DNA of 64,000 nt from Zootoca vivipara (taxonomy: Eukaryota). Within the stretch, counting starts at the first letter, position 1. Every line of letters starts with the position of its first letter. The stretch spans positions 33,294,001-33,358,000 of the forward strand of contig NC_083288.1 in NCBI RefSeq assembly GCF_963506605.1. Reading direction: 5' to 3'. Positions 31,630 to 44,130 of the stretch are shown here, in pieces. Under the pieces are notes generated by a model that was given only the letters and a program-made list of their open reading frames with translations, was not told the origin of the DNA and made no database searches. Made by a program: the position numbers and the translations under genes.

Positions 31630-31879
31630 ATGTAGATCTTGCCCCAGTGAGGCATTTGTGACGACTGAAGTTCCCTAAATCTCCTCCTCCTGGATCCTTC
31701 CTAAGCAATCCAAATCTCAGGCACCTTGTCTATCTTTGCTCTGTCCTCTTCCTACCTCTTCAGGTTCTGGGAGACCAGCAGGGAGGGCAGCTGGTTGCAA
31801 CAGGAGAAGGAGATGCTCTGGCTTCTCCAGCAGCCTGCCTTGGCTCTGCCTCTTGACTCCCCTCCTCTCCAGCCTTTTA

Positions 31880-32131
31880 CAGTGGTACCTTGGTTTAAGA
31901 ACAGCTTAGTTTATGAACAACTTTGATTAAGAACACTGCAAACCCAGAAGTAGGTGTTTTGGTTTGTGAACTTTGCCTTGGAAGCAGAATATGTTCCGCT
32001 TCCTGTTGAGTGTATTCCATTTGTAAATTGAGTCCCCTGCTGCTATGGGAAAGCATGCTTTGGTTTAATAATGCTTTTGTTTAAGAACAGACTTCCGGTA
32101 CGGATTAAGTTCGTAAACCAAGGTACCACTG
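31880..32131. mobile_element. Tc1/mariner (Tigger-like) MITE
   Basis: TA|CAGTGGTACCTTGGTTTA ... TAAACCAAGGTACCACTG|TA. Confidence 0.88.
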
Positions 32132-33330
32132 TATTCTGAACTGCTCTCTGCCACAGACTCTTCCTGCTCACTAAACCCTCTTTATCTCCCAACACCTCCT
32201 CCTCCCAGTCTGCTCCCTCTTCTCCCTCTGACTACTCATCGTGGTCCCACAACCAATCCCCTGGCTCAGCCTTCTTCCCTTGGGATTTCTCCAATTCGTG
32301 CCTCAGACCACTCCTCTGCATCCAGCCAGTCCATGACACGAGTTGACTCTCCGGAGTCTGAGGCACTGAACCTGGAACCTTCAGTGTACAGTTTATGCAC
32401 TCCACCACTGAGCTGTGATCCTTACCAATGAGCCAGGGCCTTGCATGAACCAAGAGGAGTGGCTAACCTGTGGCTGTCCAGATCTTGATGGTCTACTACA
32501 ACCCCCAGCATGCCAGGGATGCTGGCCATGCTGCCTGCAGCTGATCAGCAAAGCAGCTTGCTTCCCCTGCCTTAGAACATCCATGGGACTCCATAGCAGA
32601 TTTGCAAGAGCTCTTGGCAGAAAGGGTCTGAAAAACAACATTTAAAGGCCACTAGTGGGGTACTTTTGACCCTCCGGATGTTGCCGAACAACAGCTTCCA
32701 ACAGTCTCTACAAGGCCAATGGCAGTAGCTGGAGGGACAAAAGTTCCCATACCTGCTGTAGGCATGCAGAGATCTGAAAAGGAAGGAGACCAGAAAGAAA
32801 ATACAAGGGGAAAGAAACCAAAAGAAAAAGTTGAGACATACAGGATGGGAGAGGGTAGGAACAAGAGGCCTCTTCCAAAACCATGGCAATATCATGAAAA
32901 ATTATCACTGGGCTCTAAGGAAAGCTGCATGGGGGTGTAGTGGTGGGGGAGAGCAAGGCAGGATATAGGATTGCTCAACAAAAAAGTTGCACAGAGTTTG
33001 TTTTTCTCTGTCAACTGAATTGCAGTCAAAACAACTCCTCATTCCAACAGGTTACCTGGAAATTTGATATAGGAACCTAGGAGTTTGATTATATCCCTCT
33101 CCAGATCTATCCAAGGCTGGTAGCTAAATATATGGTTGCATACCATAGCCTGGGCATACACAAACTCACATGCAGAAGTTAGTGTGCGAGGAGTATTTAT
33201 ACACACACATAATTATTCAAGGCAAGATACAGAAGTAGAATAAGCACAGTACCAAAAGGCACCATGAAACATATCCCAGCTGCAAAACTAACACAGTTGT
33301 AACCTAACACTACTGGAAGAGGAAAGACTT

Positions 33331-33893
33331 AGAATCATAGAATCATAGGAGTTGGAAGAGACCACAAGGGCCATCCAGTCCAACCCCCTGCCAAGCAGGA
33401 AACACCATCAAAGCATTCCTGACATATGGCTGTCAAGCCTCTGCTTAAAGACCTCCAAAGAAGGAGACTCCACCACACTCCTTGGTAGCAAATTCCACTG
33501 CCGAACAGCTCTTACTGTCAGGAAGTTCTTCCTAATGTTTAGGTGGAATCTTCTTTCTCGTAGCTTGAATCCATTGCTCTGTGTCCGCTTCTCTGGAGCA
33601 GCAGAAAACAACCTTTCTCCCTCCTCCATATGACATCCTTTTATATATTTGAACATGGCTATCATATCACCCCTTAACCTTCTCTTCTCCAGGCTAAACA
33701 TACCCAGCTCCCTAAGCCGTTCCTCATAAGGCATCGTTTCCAGGCCTTTGACCATTTTGGTTGCCCTCTTCTGGACACGTTCCAGCTTGTCAGTATCCTT
33801 CTTGAACTGTGGTGCCCAGAACTGGACACAGTACTCCAGGTGAGGTCTGACCAGAGCAGAATACAGTGGTACTATTACTTCCCTAGATCTAGA
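33331..33893 (-). mobile_element. Young CR1 LINE 3' fragment
   Basis: Open ORF2 end [54 protein letters not shown]; ATTCTATG-type tail. Confidence 0.92.
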
Positions 33894-35099
33894 TTCTGCA
33901 ATTCACTAAGAGCTTCTCAAAAGCCATTGGGCAGAAGTTTAACATTACCACAATCATTACACAAATAGAAGGGCTTATCCTAAATAAGAACATCTCGACT
34001 CACAGAGGGTCAGGTGGGGGGAGAGAAATAGAGATGGGACCCAGTGTGGACGTCTAAGAAGCATGTTCCATAGCATGGATTCCATTACAGAAAAAACTCT
34101 GCCTACACCTCAGCATAGCTTATTTGCACTACTTCGAAAAGTGCATTTGCAAAGCAGCGCACATGTGCACGCCCAGCACAAATTAGCACGCAGGCACTTT
34201 GTGAATGAGGAAGAGTATTGTGAGCTAGCACAAGTTCTCACTTCAGGGCCCTTATGAGATAACCTGGGGCAGCTTTCAGCGAGCCCTAGAGGATTTGGAT
34301 TACGGTTCCCATCAGCTCCAGCCTGCGTTGTTGTCGAAAGCCTACATAGGACACCAGACTAGCAAAGGCTAACTTAAGGTAAGAAAGGGAGCGCTTTAAG
34401 CAATCTCATTTGCTCTCCCCATCTAGTAATGAGCTATTCAGTGAGACAGAAGTGTGGTGAGGAATGTTAGCAAGCAACAACATCCAGAAACCCTTGTGGG
34501 GAAACCCTGAGTTGACTGTATTGCCTCCCAAAACCATAAAACAGACAATCACTCATACACACCATCCAACTTCTAGGCCAAGCCCAAAGGTCCTGTCTAT
34601 TTTAGTTTTGATGAGTGGGTTAGGAGCACAGCAGCAGATTTGCCCCTCTTTTGGCAACTTCCACACCCCTCAAGTTAGCTTTGCTTTAGGCATTTGAAGA
34701 GGGCCAGACACACACTTGCGAGAGGGTCAGAGCATGTGCACAGGAAAACCTGCATTTGAACACTGCATGGGTGAAAGAGCCCAGCCAACTGTTCCATGCC
34801 AAGGTCAGCCTTCGCTAAGCACTCATTCATATAAAGCACCCAATAGCACAGTCGTAGCTCCATGTCCCCAAACACAGCCCTGAAAGGGCCCCAGAGGTGC
34901 CTCCCCTTTCCAGCACCACCACCCCCAAAAAAGAAAGGGCTCAAGAGAAATTTGTTTCGGTTCCGTAGGATGTTTCTATAGTCAGGCCTTTGTTCCACAT
35001 GTACACACCCTGAGCTTTACCAGAGGATGCAGGTGTCTGCGGGCCCCCCGGGACCCTTCTGCCCCCTTCGCTTTGCTGGAGGCAGACCTAGCCAGGAGC

Positions 35100-35370
35100 T
35101 GCCCCCACAAACAGATCAACCACAGCTCCTTGGTGCATCAGGTGGGAGGGGTGTGCAAGACTCAGGACAGGAGGGGGGGGGAGTGTTTGCAATTTCCTGC
35201 CCCAGTTCGAGGAGAGAGGCCTCTTGTCGTTTCCTGTGGTTTGGGGCAGGGAGGGGAGAGATAGCAAACAGTCATGTGATTATCTCTCTCCCCAAGTGGG
35301 AGGAGACACAAGGCGGGCTTGGTGTGGCAAGGCGTCTATAAATGGGCCAAGCACCGGCACTTCCATCTCT
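35100..35370 (+). promoter_or_regulatory. Candidate TATA promoter of the miR-142 primary transcript
   Basis: RUNX AACCACA 35118-35124, ETS/RUNX composite TTCCTGTGGTTT 35231-35242, GC box near 35312, TATAAA 35337-35342, ETS CACTTCC 35358-35364; inference from motifs. Confidence 0.4.
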
Positions 35371-37707
35371 TGACTTCAGCTGGCGACTGGTCTCCCCGGC
35401 AGGCCTGGCAGATTGCAAGCAACCCAAGAGGTAGACTCCTGTGGGCTGACAGGATCCCTGGGCGGGGAGTTGGGAAGAGCGGGGCTACTTGACTGAAGAG
35501 TCCTGGGTTCTAGCTGTGAATGCAGGAGGGCAGGAAAGGGCTGTGCAATAAGAGATAAGGCGAATGAGGCTCTTGGAGAGAGCACGCTGCATCCGTATGC
35601 TGGGTGGGTGTTACGCTCTAGGACTCCCGGAGTTGTATCATCCTGTCTAGGAAGGAATAAGAGGAAGAATGAGGCTGGTGTTTGGGAGATGGAAGGATGG
35701 GGATCTGGGCCAAAGCTAATCTTAGTCCGTCTTCTTGTTTGAAGAACAAAACATGTATTTTTAAAGAGGGGCCTGAGGAATTGGGAGCATGCAGGGGTCT
35801 TCATCGGCATATACGCTATTAGTCCTAACTCCCCACCCCCCTCCTAAACAGGCTTAGACTGGGAAGTAAGAATAGGGAAGTTCCGAAAGATGTCACACGG
35901 GTGGCTTATGCAAAGAGGAAATATGGCGGCTGTGCACAGTCAGTGGGTACACATTCATGCTTATTCAGGCCCTTCACTGAAAGGGCGCTGTGAAATTTCA
36001 ACATGCCTGCCCTCTACTGATAGGAAAAAAGATGAACACCTCTGTTCAAGCAAGCAACAGTTGGTTGAACTTGAAGCCATTTTCCTAACCTGTCCTCCTC
36101 CTCTCTCTGCTTTTTAGGGCAGTTCCTTTCTATTGCAGAAATGTGTGGAGTTTGGCAGGAATGCCCGTCCCAGCACCATTTGACCACAAGAGTCTCTTCG
36201 ATGAAACATGAGCTGGTCTGGGATCATTGCCTGGAGGTCTTGGAGGACAGTTCCACTGCCATCGTGAATCTCGTTCCAAGAAAAGTCTATGGACCAAAGC
36301 AGTTGGTAAGATACGGGACATGGAGATCCTTTCCCCACTTTTGGAATCTAACTGGGGTTTTTTTTAGGTTACAGTATTTTCCATTTTAGAGCATGTGCAT
36401 AGTGAAGATAAGGCCTCCTTCATGCTGTGCCCAAGATGTACTTACAAGCAGTGCTCAGAAGGAAAGCCGGGGGGAATTTTGCATAAAGGTGTTCAGGGTT
36501 GTGGGGCAAGTAACTAATGTATGAAGGATTCTGTCTTAACCCCAAACAGGAACTTGCATGAAAGGCGGGGGAGAGAAAGTAAGAGATAGAAAACAAGAAA
36601 GGCAAGAGATACAGAGTATAGATCAGCCTTCGCCAACCTAGTGCCCGCCATCTAGGCAAATGAAAGCAAACAGACTCCTAATGTCCCCTGAATACCAGTC
36701 ACTATATTAAAAAACAAAACCTCATTAAGTTTTCTGTTAAACCAAATGGGTTGCATCCAACTAAGTTCTAATCAGAGTAGACCCACTGAAATTAATGAAC
36801 CTAAATTAGTCATGCTAATTAAATTCAATGTGTTTGCCATGTGTAGGACTAACATTGGATACAACAACCCCCGCTATTGTGGAAGGAAGTTTCCAACTAT
36901 TTCTTTGTTGCTCTCTTGAAATCAAAGGTATAGCCACATATTATTGCATTAAACTTAACAAATCATTTTGCATCTATAATGGGGAAAGTCTGACAGTGCA
37001 GTCCTATGTGTGTGTACTTAGAAGAAAGTCTCATTAAGTTTAATGGGCCTTATTGCCAGATACATGGGCGCAGGATTGCATCCTAAAGATTATGAGCAGT
37101 CTAATTCTTTGCCTGTTCAACTCAGAGTAAGTCCCAACTGCATTCAGTGGGGCTTACACCAAAATTACATAAACACATGATTGCCATCAAATTGAACAGA
37201 AAGCTAAACATAGACACAGCCATTTTATGCTGCTTATTACTGAACAGACGCTACAATACTATGGAATTTTACTCAGGAGTAAGTCCCACTGAAATCAGCG
37301 CGGCTTACTTCGAAGTAAACCTGCATAGAATTGGGTTCCAAGTAAGTGGTTCTTAAGGCCTGTTTACGCATTAATAGTTTTATCTGTTTAATCTTAGTTG
37401 AATCTATTTATCCTGCCAATTTATAGCAATATTTCCTTAAATTTCCTTAACTTATAAGACAATTATATGCAGGTATATTAAAAGGAAACCATTACACTGT
37501 ATATAAATGGGTAAATTGTTCTATTGGTTGGGTTAAAAAAACCACCAACACTCCTGAGTTGCCAAGTTTGCTGCAGTTAAGTTGCCTAGTTCTTTTAGAA
37601 CTGAAACACTACAAGACTAAGCCATTTCCACAAAACCTGTAGTTTATTTGAGATAAAACCTAGAATAAATTTTCCCACCCCAGCCTATTCTCAAGATAGT
37701 TTTGCAG

Positions 37708-37797
37708 CATAGCTGCCAAGTTATCCCTTTTTTTCAGGGATTTTCCATTATGCTGAATAGGCTTCCTCGCGAGAAAAGGGAAAACTTGGCAGCTATG
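37708..37797. mobile_element. 90-bp hAT-type MITE
   Basis: 15-bp perfect TIR CATAGCTGCCAAGTT / AACTTGGCAGCTATG; 8-bp TSD TTTTGCAG on both sides. Confidence 0.9.
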
Positions 37798-40360
37798 TTT
37801 TGCAGAACATGAGCCCCTCTCAGAGTGCTATACATGGCTGGGCCCTGTGTTCAATAAGGTGCATTACAACCAAACTTCCTGACTTTGTAGCCTACCTGAA
37901 GCTGCAAATCCTGTATGGGAAAGGAGGTTCCAAGAATTCTGCTCAGTGTCAGTGGCCCTTTTTCCCAACCTTCACCTCTTTGCTCTACTAAGATCTACCA
38001 GGGTGAAAAGCAAGGTCTCGTTGTACCCCAATTCTGCAGAATTCTCTCAATTAAGAGACCTGCCAAAACTTCACATTATAATTTTTTTTTAAAGGACAGT
38101 ACTTAAAACATTTTTATTTTAAAAAAATTATGCTTTGATTAGAAATACAATGGTTGTTTTAATGGGCTTGGGATTGCAGCTTTGTCCCTTGGGGATTGGG
38201 AAGGAGACAAAATACTTTTTAAAAATACACTTTCCTTTTCCTTATGGTAGCCTATATGGGCAGAGATCTAAGGAGTTACTTTGCCTCATGGAATGCATCT
38301 GTACTGACCTAGTTTTACATTTTAACACTTGCCGCTCACGCGCGAGCACACACACAAGATCCACCGGCATTACATTTGTCTCGCCCATTAAACTGGCACA
38401 CAGCCTGCTAATCACTTGCATGTTTCTAGCAAGGAGGCAATTATTAGATGTATTCAAATTATTCAACCATGCAACTAGCTGGCACCAACTAGTTTCATGA
38501 GCTATTGGATCCTAGCCTTGAAAACCTTTAAATGTTTATAATTCTGATAATCAGTGGTGTGTGCGGTACAAAAAACCAGAACTATAGCTAACCCACATGT
38601 AAAATTGAAATTAAATGATCATAATATTTGGGGGGACCGGCTTTAAGAACAACAATAATTTGATATATAGTTATAGAAAGCCTCTACCCAGACCATTTTC
38701 TCAGTCTTCAAGGCCAATTGCTCATCTCTCTTAAATTTCATCAGAAATAGCAGAGACCTACTCCAGACTTGACAACATTTCTTTCTTTAACTCTCTCAGG
38801 AAAACATAAGATTTTTGGTTAAGGGGTTAAATACTAAAAAAAAAAAAAGCAATGCCAAAAAATTTCCCCTCAGCTAGTTTTATTAAAATGCTCTACTTAG
38901 TTCCCTATTCAGTTTGTCACCACTAGTGAAAAATGGTTGCGCTTTTCTCATAAAGCCACAGGAACAGGCAGTAAGTAACCTCTAATACAATGACCCCCAG
39001 TAAACTACCCTCTAAATTTAAACATGTGAGACAGAAGTTATAGCAAAGCAGAACATAGGATCTGAAGCAGCGAGGGAAACTATCTGGCAATCTTTTAGTT
39101 GAGTTATGGAGTTTCAAGTAGGGTACCTGGGTTTTGCCCTCCGCTCATACGCTGGGTGAACCAGAACACATATATTTTTATTATCAATTCTCAGAGCCAG
39201 CGAAGTCAGAGGTGGCTGGGAGTCAGATCCTCTGTTCCAAACTTTCCCAGACTTATTTGCCATTATGATTATGAATAGGTGAGTTACTCTCAATGTGCCC
39301 AGCACTTTAAAGAGCAGCAACTAAAATGCCAGTCCCTGCCCCAAGGAGGTTACAATCTAATATCTGACAAAGGGAAGGGCTGAGAGTGAACAAATGAAAA
39401 ATATGTATCTGGCTTATTTGTACACACTTAGCTCTAAGATATGGGGATAAAGGGACCGTGCCAAATGCGTCACAAACAATGCGGGTTTTGAGGAGTGATT
39501 TGATAGAAGGGGTGGGGATGGGGACTTCTCATAGTTGTGCTGGGAAGAGAATTCCAAGCACAAGAGACAGCAAAGGGGAAGGGTAGAAATTGGATTATGG
39601 TAGCAAGAGTCCTCTGGGTGGTGGGATAAAAGAGGATGAACACAGAGGCATTTGCTCTGCCAATGCTTTGTGTTCCCCTTTTACTTTGGGCTCAGAACAT
39701 CCCTGTAGGAGAAAGAGGGCAGGCTGAGGGCATCAGCAGCATGCCATCAATTGCCACATGAACTGGGTTCTCATTTGCCCTTTCTTCAAAGGCAGCCAGC
39801 TCCAATGACCAACTGAAAATCCGAACCATGTGCACTCGTTTTTGTTTCTTTCAGGTTTTTATCTGTGCATATGCCTTAAATGAAATTTTACCTTTCTGCA
39901 GAAAAAGAAAGGCAGGCCCCTTTTCCAAAGACAATGAAAGGAACCAGGCATGGAAGGAGAAGAAGGATAAAGGCAAGTAAGTATTTTGCAGGTGTAAAGG
40001 AGCTTTTAAATATTTACTACACTATTTTGCTGAACATGCAAGATTTGAGTCTCCTTCAGTTTTGTTCTCCGCTTCCTAATGCAGAATAAAGCCTTATGTA
40101 GTCTGTGAGCCCTATGGGAAAGGAAGAACGTTTTTTAATTCTGTAAAAACTGCTGTCTCACCCAAAACCCACAAGGCAGGGTAAGTCAAACCTCCCCTCC
40201 TGCTAGTATCTCTCTGTTATTTCACAACCAGGGAGCTGCCAGCGGGCGGGCGCAGGGGAGATTAAACGGGGTGGGCAGGGGTGGCGACCAGCTCACAAAC
40301 AGCCAGCGACAGATGAAGAAGACGCCAAGACCAACCCATGACCAGCAGCTGCACTTTATG

Positions 40361-40449
40361 GACAGTGGACTCATCCATAAAGTAGAAAGCACTACTAAAC
40401 GCTCGTGTCCAAGTGTAGTGTTTCCTACTTTATGGATGAGTGTACTGTG
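40361..40449 (+). ncRNA. MIR142: microRNA miR-142 family precursor (probable paralogue of mammalian MIR142)
   Basis: 5p arm CATAAAGTAGAAAGCACTACT (40376-40396) and 3p arm TGTAGTGTTTCCTACTTTATGGA (40414-40436) match canonical miR-142-5p/3p exactly; paired lower stem ACAGTGGACTCATCC / GGATGAGTGTACTGT; CNNC (CAAC) at 40452-40455. Confidence 0.97.
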
Positions 40450-42422
40450 AGCAACGGAGGCAACAAGGAGGAGCAGAGACTGGCACAGAACCAGGGAAAG
40501 GGTGGAGGGGAGGGGAAGGCGGAAATGCCACGTGGCCATCCACAGGAGGGCATCATGGTTGAACACACACACACACAGTCTTAGCCAGACTGTCACTCAA
40601 TTACAGACACATCTCTTTCCCCAAAATATAGTACATGACACTCCCAACAATAATGCTTGTAACATGTGACTCATAACTAAATCTAAGTAGGAGGTAGGGG
40701 TGGAGGACAAGACCTGGGGGGAAGGGCCCATTTATTGGCACCAACTAAGGGTGCTAAGAAGTTATTCTGCCAATACCCCCTTACCAACTTTGCTAAAATC
40801 TGTGCATGATACCGGTACCTTCTACCCTGCCACATACCCCTACCTGAATATGCTTTTAGAAAGTGGAAGGGTTTGGGAATTTGCTGGGGGCAGAGTAGGG
40901 GGTGAGTAAAATATCAGAATTCCACGATGCTTGGTACATGTGCATGGAAGCTGCCCATACATGTGCAAACACCCCATGACCAACATACCTTTAAAGACCT
41001 TCGTTGTTTGGGTAACTGTCTGAAGGTCACTAGCTGTGAATATGTGCTTGAAAGGAGAGGGGACAGGTATTACAGGATGTACTGTATGACCACTTGCATC
41101 ACGAAAATAAACTTTCAACACAGTTGCATCTTTGTACTTATTTCACAAGGGTGGGGGAAGCTGTGCTTGGGAGAGAAGAAACAGGAGCAGAATTTCACAA
41201 GTGTATCTCATTTTTAAATTTTCACTTAAGAATCAGCACTACAAACTTTGCCAACCAATGCCATAATTTTTTTGGCTTGGCTCCAGAGCAAGTCACTCCA
41301 ATTCTGATGAAATCAGTGTGGAAAGTTACTCATGAGCTAGTGACATCCTATTGGTTTCATTGTGAACGAAGTTCAATCAACTTACTCTGGATTCAAACCG
41401 TTACATGCAACCAATCCACTAATCCATGTACAGCTGAAAGCATCCTACTACTAAAGCAAATTCACAGCATCACCGCATGATACAGGCGAACGGGCACAAA
41501 AAATGAATCAGGCAACACAGAACCAAACTCTGGGGGTATTCTGCTCATCACTGCAAATCTCATGCAGTGAGATTCTTACTTTCCGTTTAAAACCTGTAGT
41601 CTAAGGCAGGAGTTTCCAAACTGGTCAACAAGCTTCATTCCACATTGTGACACTGGATTTGTGGTTTAGGATGGGGGACAGCACATTCATCACATTAAAT
41701 ATTAACACTGGTTCTTAATTGTATTTTATTGTTTCTCGTACAGTACTTATATTACAACCTGAATTTTATGGAATTCAGATTGTAATACAATATATAAGAA
41801 ATTAAAGCAACTGTAAAAATACCTTTAAAAATAAGCATTTGGCACAGTGCATTACAGCTGCTATGGCAGGCAGAAAAATAATTAAGTAGTCTGCCACGAT
41901 CCTAAGCAACTATCAAATGGTCCATGGGGATAAACACTTGGGAACCACTGGTCAAAGGCAAATTAATGGAAAAACAGGGTAAAATCAAGGTGGCAGTTGC
42001 AAGTAAGGCATGGACAGGGAATCTGCAGCCCTTCGGATGTTTCTGGACTAAACTCCCATCAGCCCACATTGCTAAGGTTGACAGGAGTTGGGAGTCCAAT
42101 GAAAACATCTAGTGGGTCACAGGTTTCCGAATTCTGTAACAAAAGGATCAGAAAACAGGAAGGGGGAGTATATTACCAGAAGGGCTGAGAGGAATATTCT
42201 ATTCCACCATTTTGAATCTCAGTCTTAAGATATTGCACTCAGCACTCCCACACTGACTTTGGAGCTACTTATGCCCTGAAACCCAGGCCAGGAATTTCCT
42301 GCCATCGGCTCCTGAAGGGACCCTCAATTGGCCAGAGCTGGGTTGGGACAGCCACCCGCCACCCATTCTTCTGGGGTTTATGAAGACCTGTCTGTCCCAT
42401 GAGAAGGCAGAAGTGAAGACTA

Positions 42423-42626
42423 GTGTTTTCTTAAGCCAAATGATGGCTTACACTTACAAGTGTTTTCTTCAGCCAAATTATGGTCCCTTCCAAAGCTTGA
42501 CAGAAGTTTCCTGGCCTAATAATAATAATAATAATAATAAATTATTATAAATTATTATTAGGCCAGGAAACTTCTGCTGTCAAGCTTTGGAAGGGACCAT
42601 CATTTGGCTTAAGAAAACACTTGTAA
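42423..42626. repeat. Long inverted repeat with AT-rich (AAT)n/(ATT)n centre
   Basis: Arm 42454-~42526 is the reverse complement of ~42551-42626 with few differences; partial third copy at 42423-42446. Confidence 0.9.
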
Positions 42627-42759
42627 TTTCAGAGTTTCAAACCATGACAGGTGCCTTGATTTGTTACCATGGCACTTATTATACACACACTTATTTGGTT
42701 TATAATATAGAATTCCGTAAGTTAAGACCTCTCTGAACCCAGAAATAACTCCTTCACAG

Positions 42760-43994
42760 TGGCAAATATCCCCTTTTTAGAGACAGTGGCAGCAGCCCAG
42801 CCTTGGGTCCATTCCAGTCTGGCTTTGGACCTGATCACTGCCTTGGTTGCCCTAGTTGATTGCATCTGTCACAAGAGAGATATGGAGAGCAGTGTGATTT
42901 TGCTCATTCTCCTCAATCACCCAGCTGCTTTTGCTGCTGCTGACCACAGTATCCTTCTAGAGATGGGGGACACCATGCTTCAGGGGTTCCACTCCTAGTT
43001 CCAGGGCCATTTCCAGAAAGTACTTATAAGAGGCGACTGTTCAACACCCTGCAAGTTGTATTGTGGTATCCCACAGGGTTCCATATGGTTCCCTCCCCCA
43101 TGCTACTTCACATCTGTATGAAGGCTTTGGGAGCTGTCGTCAGGTAATTTGGAGTGAAGTGCCATAAATATGCAGATGATACCAGCACTCGCTCTCTCCG
43201 TGTGTGTGGTTCATCTGAATCAGGAGCAGTGGTTGAGGTACTGGACTGGTGCTTGGAGGCGGGGATGGGCTAGATGTGGACTAGTAAACTAAAGCTGAAT
43301 CCTGGAAAGACCAAGATGATGTTATGTGTCTCGAGTTCTCATGCCCGGGAGGTAGAGATGGCCTGGCCTAGACAGGGTTACCCTCCCTTGGAAGGAGCAG
43401 GTCCACAGATTGGCAATGTTCCTGAATTCAACCCTATCACTGGAGACTCAATTGAGTTGGGGGGGGGGCTAGGAGTGCCTTTTTCCAGCTACAGCTGGTT
43501 CACCAGTTATGACCCCTTTCGACTAAAACTTGGGACATTGCACTCCATGCTCTGCTAACTGGCTGCCCTTGGATACTACCCAAAAACTCCAAGTGGCACC
43601 AAATGCAGCAGCCAGATTACTGGCTGGGGTTCTATTTAGATCTCACATAACCCCATTTCAAAACAGCTACACCGGTTGCCAGTTCATTTCCAGGCCCAAT
43701 TCAAGGTGTTCACAGTAGTGTTTAAAGCGCTAAATAACTGGCCCCCAATACCTGAATGGCTTCCTCCTTCCCTACACGCGCTGTCAGAAGTGAAGATCAG
43801 CAAAGTGGAGTCATACTATTTGTTCTACCGCCATCAGAAGCTCAGGGTGGTGATGGCCCTGGAGAGCATTCTCTGTGCAGCCTCTGAATTGTGGAACTCC
43901 CTTCCCACAGAGATGAGTCTGATTACTTCATTATATAGCTTTTAGTGAATGCTGAAAGGTCACCTCCTTACCCTGGCACTACGAACACACACAC

Positions 43995-44025
<31 letters not shown>

Positions 44026-44130
44026 CCAAACAAACATGGAGTCATTTCCAACCCTAGAATTCTATGATTCTTTGTTTTTAACATTGTGCTTTAATTGTGG
44101 TAACCTGCCCTGAGACCCGAGTGTGAAAGG
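42760..44130 (+). mobile_element. Degenerate L2 LINE (RT domain to 3' end)
   Basis: G(I)PQGS (ggtatcccacagggttcc), KYADDT near 43167, KLKLNPGKT, LQVAPNAAARLL..HITP; many stops and frameshifts. Confidence 0.85.

Larger units (their letters stand above)
31359..32338 (-). mobile_element. Solo-LTR-like repeat carrying two nested MITEs
   Basis: Bounded by TGT...ACA with a purine-skewed interior; no TSD found. Confidence 0.5.

Noticed and set aside
36141-36389. 82-aa ORF within the candidate host exon
   Set aside because: No recognisable homology; treated as non-coding unless conservation or ribosome profiling shows otherwise
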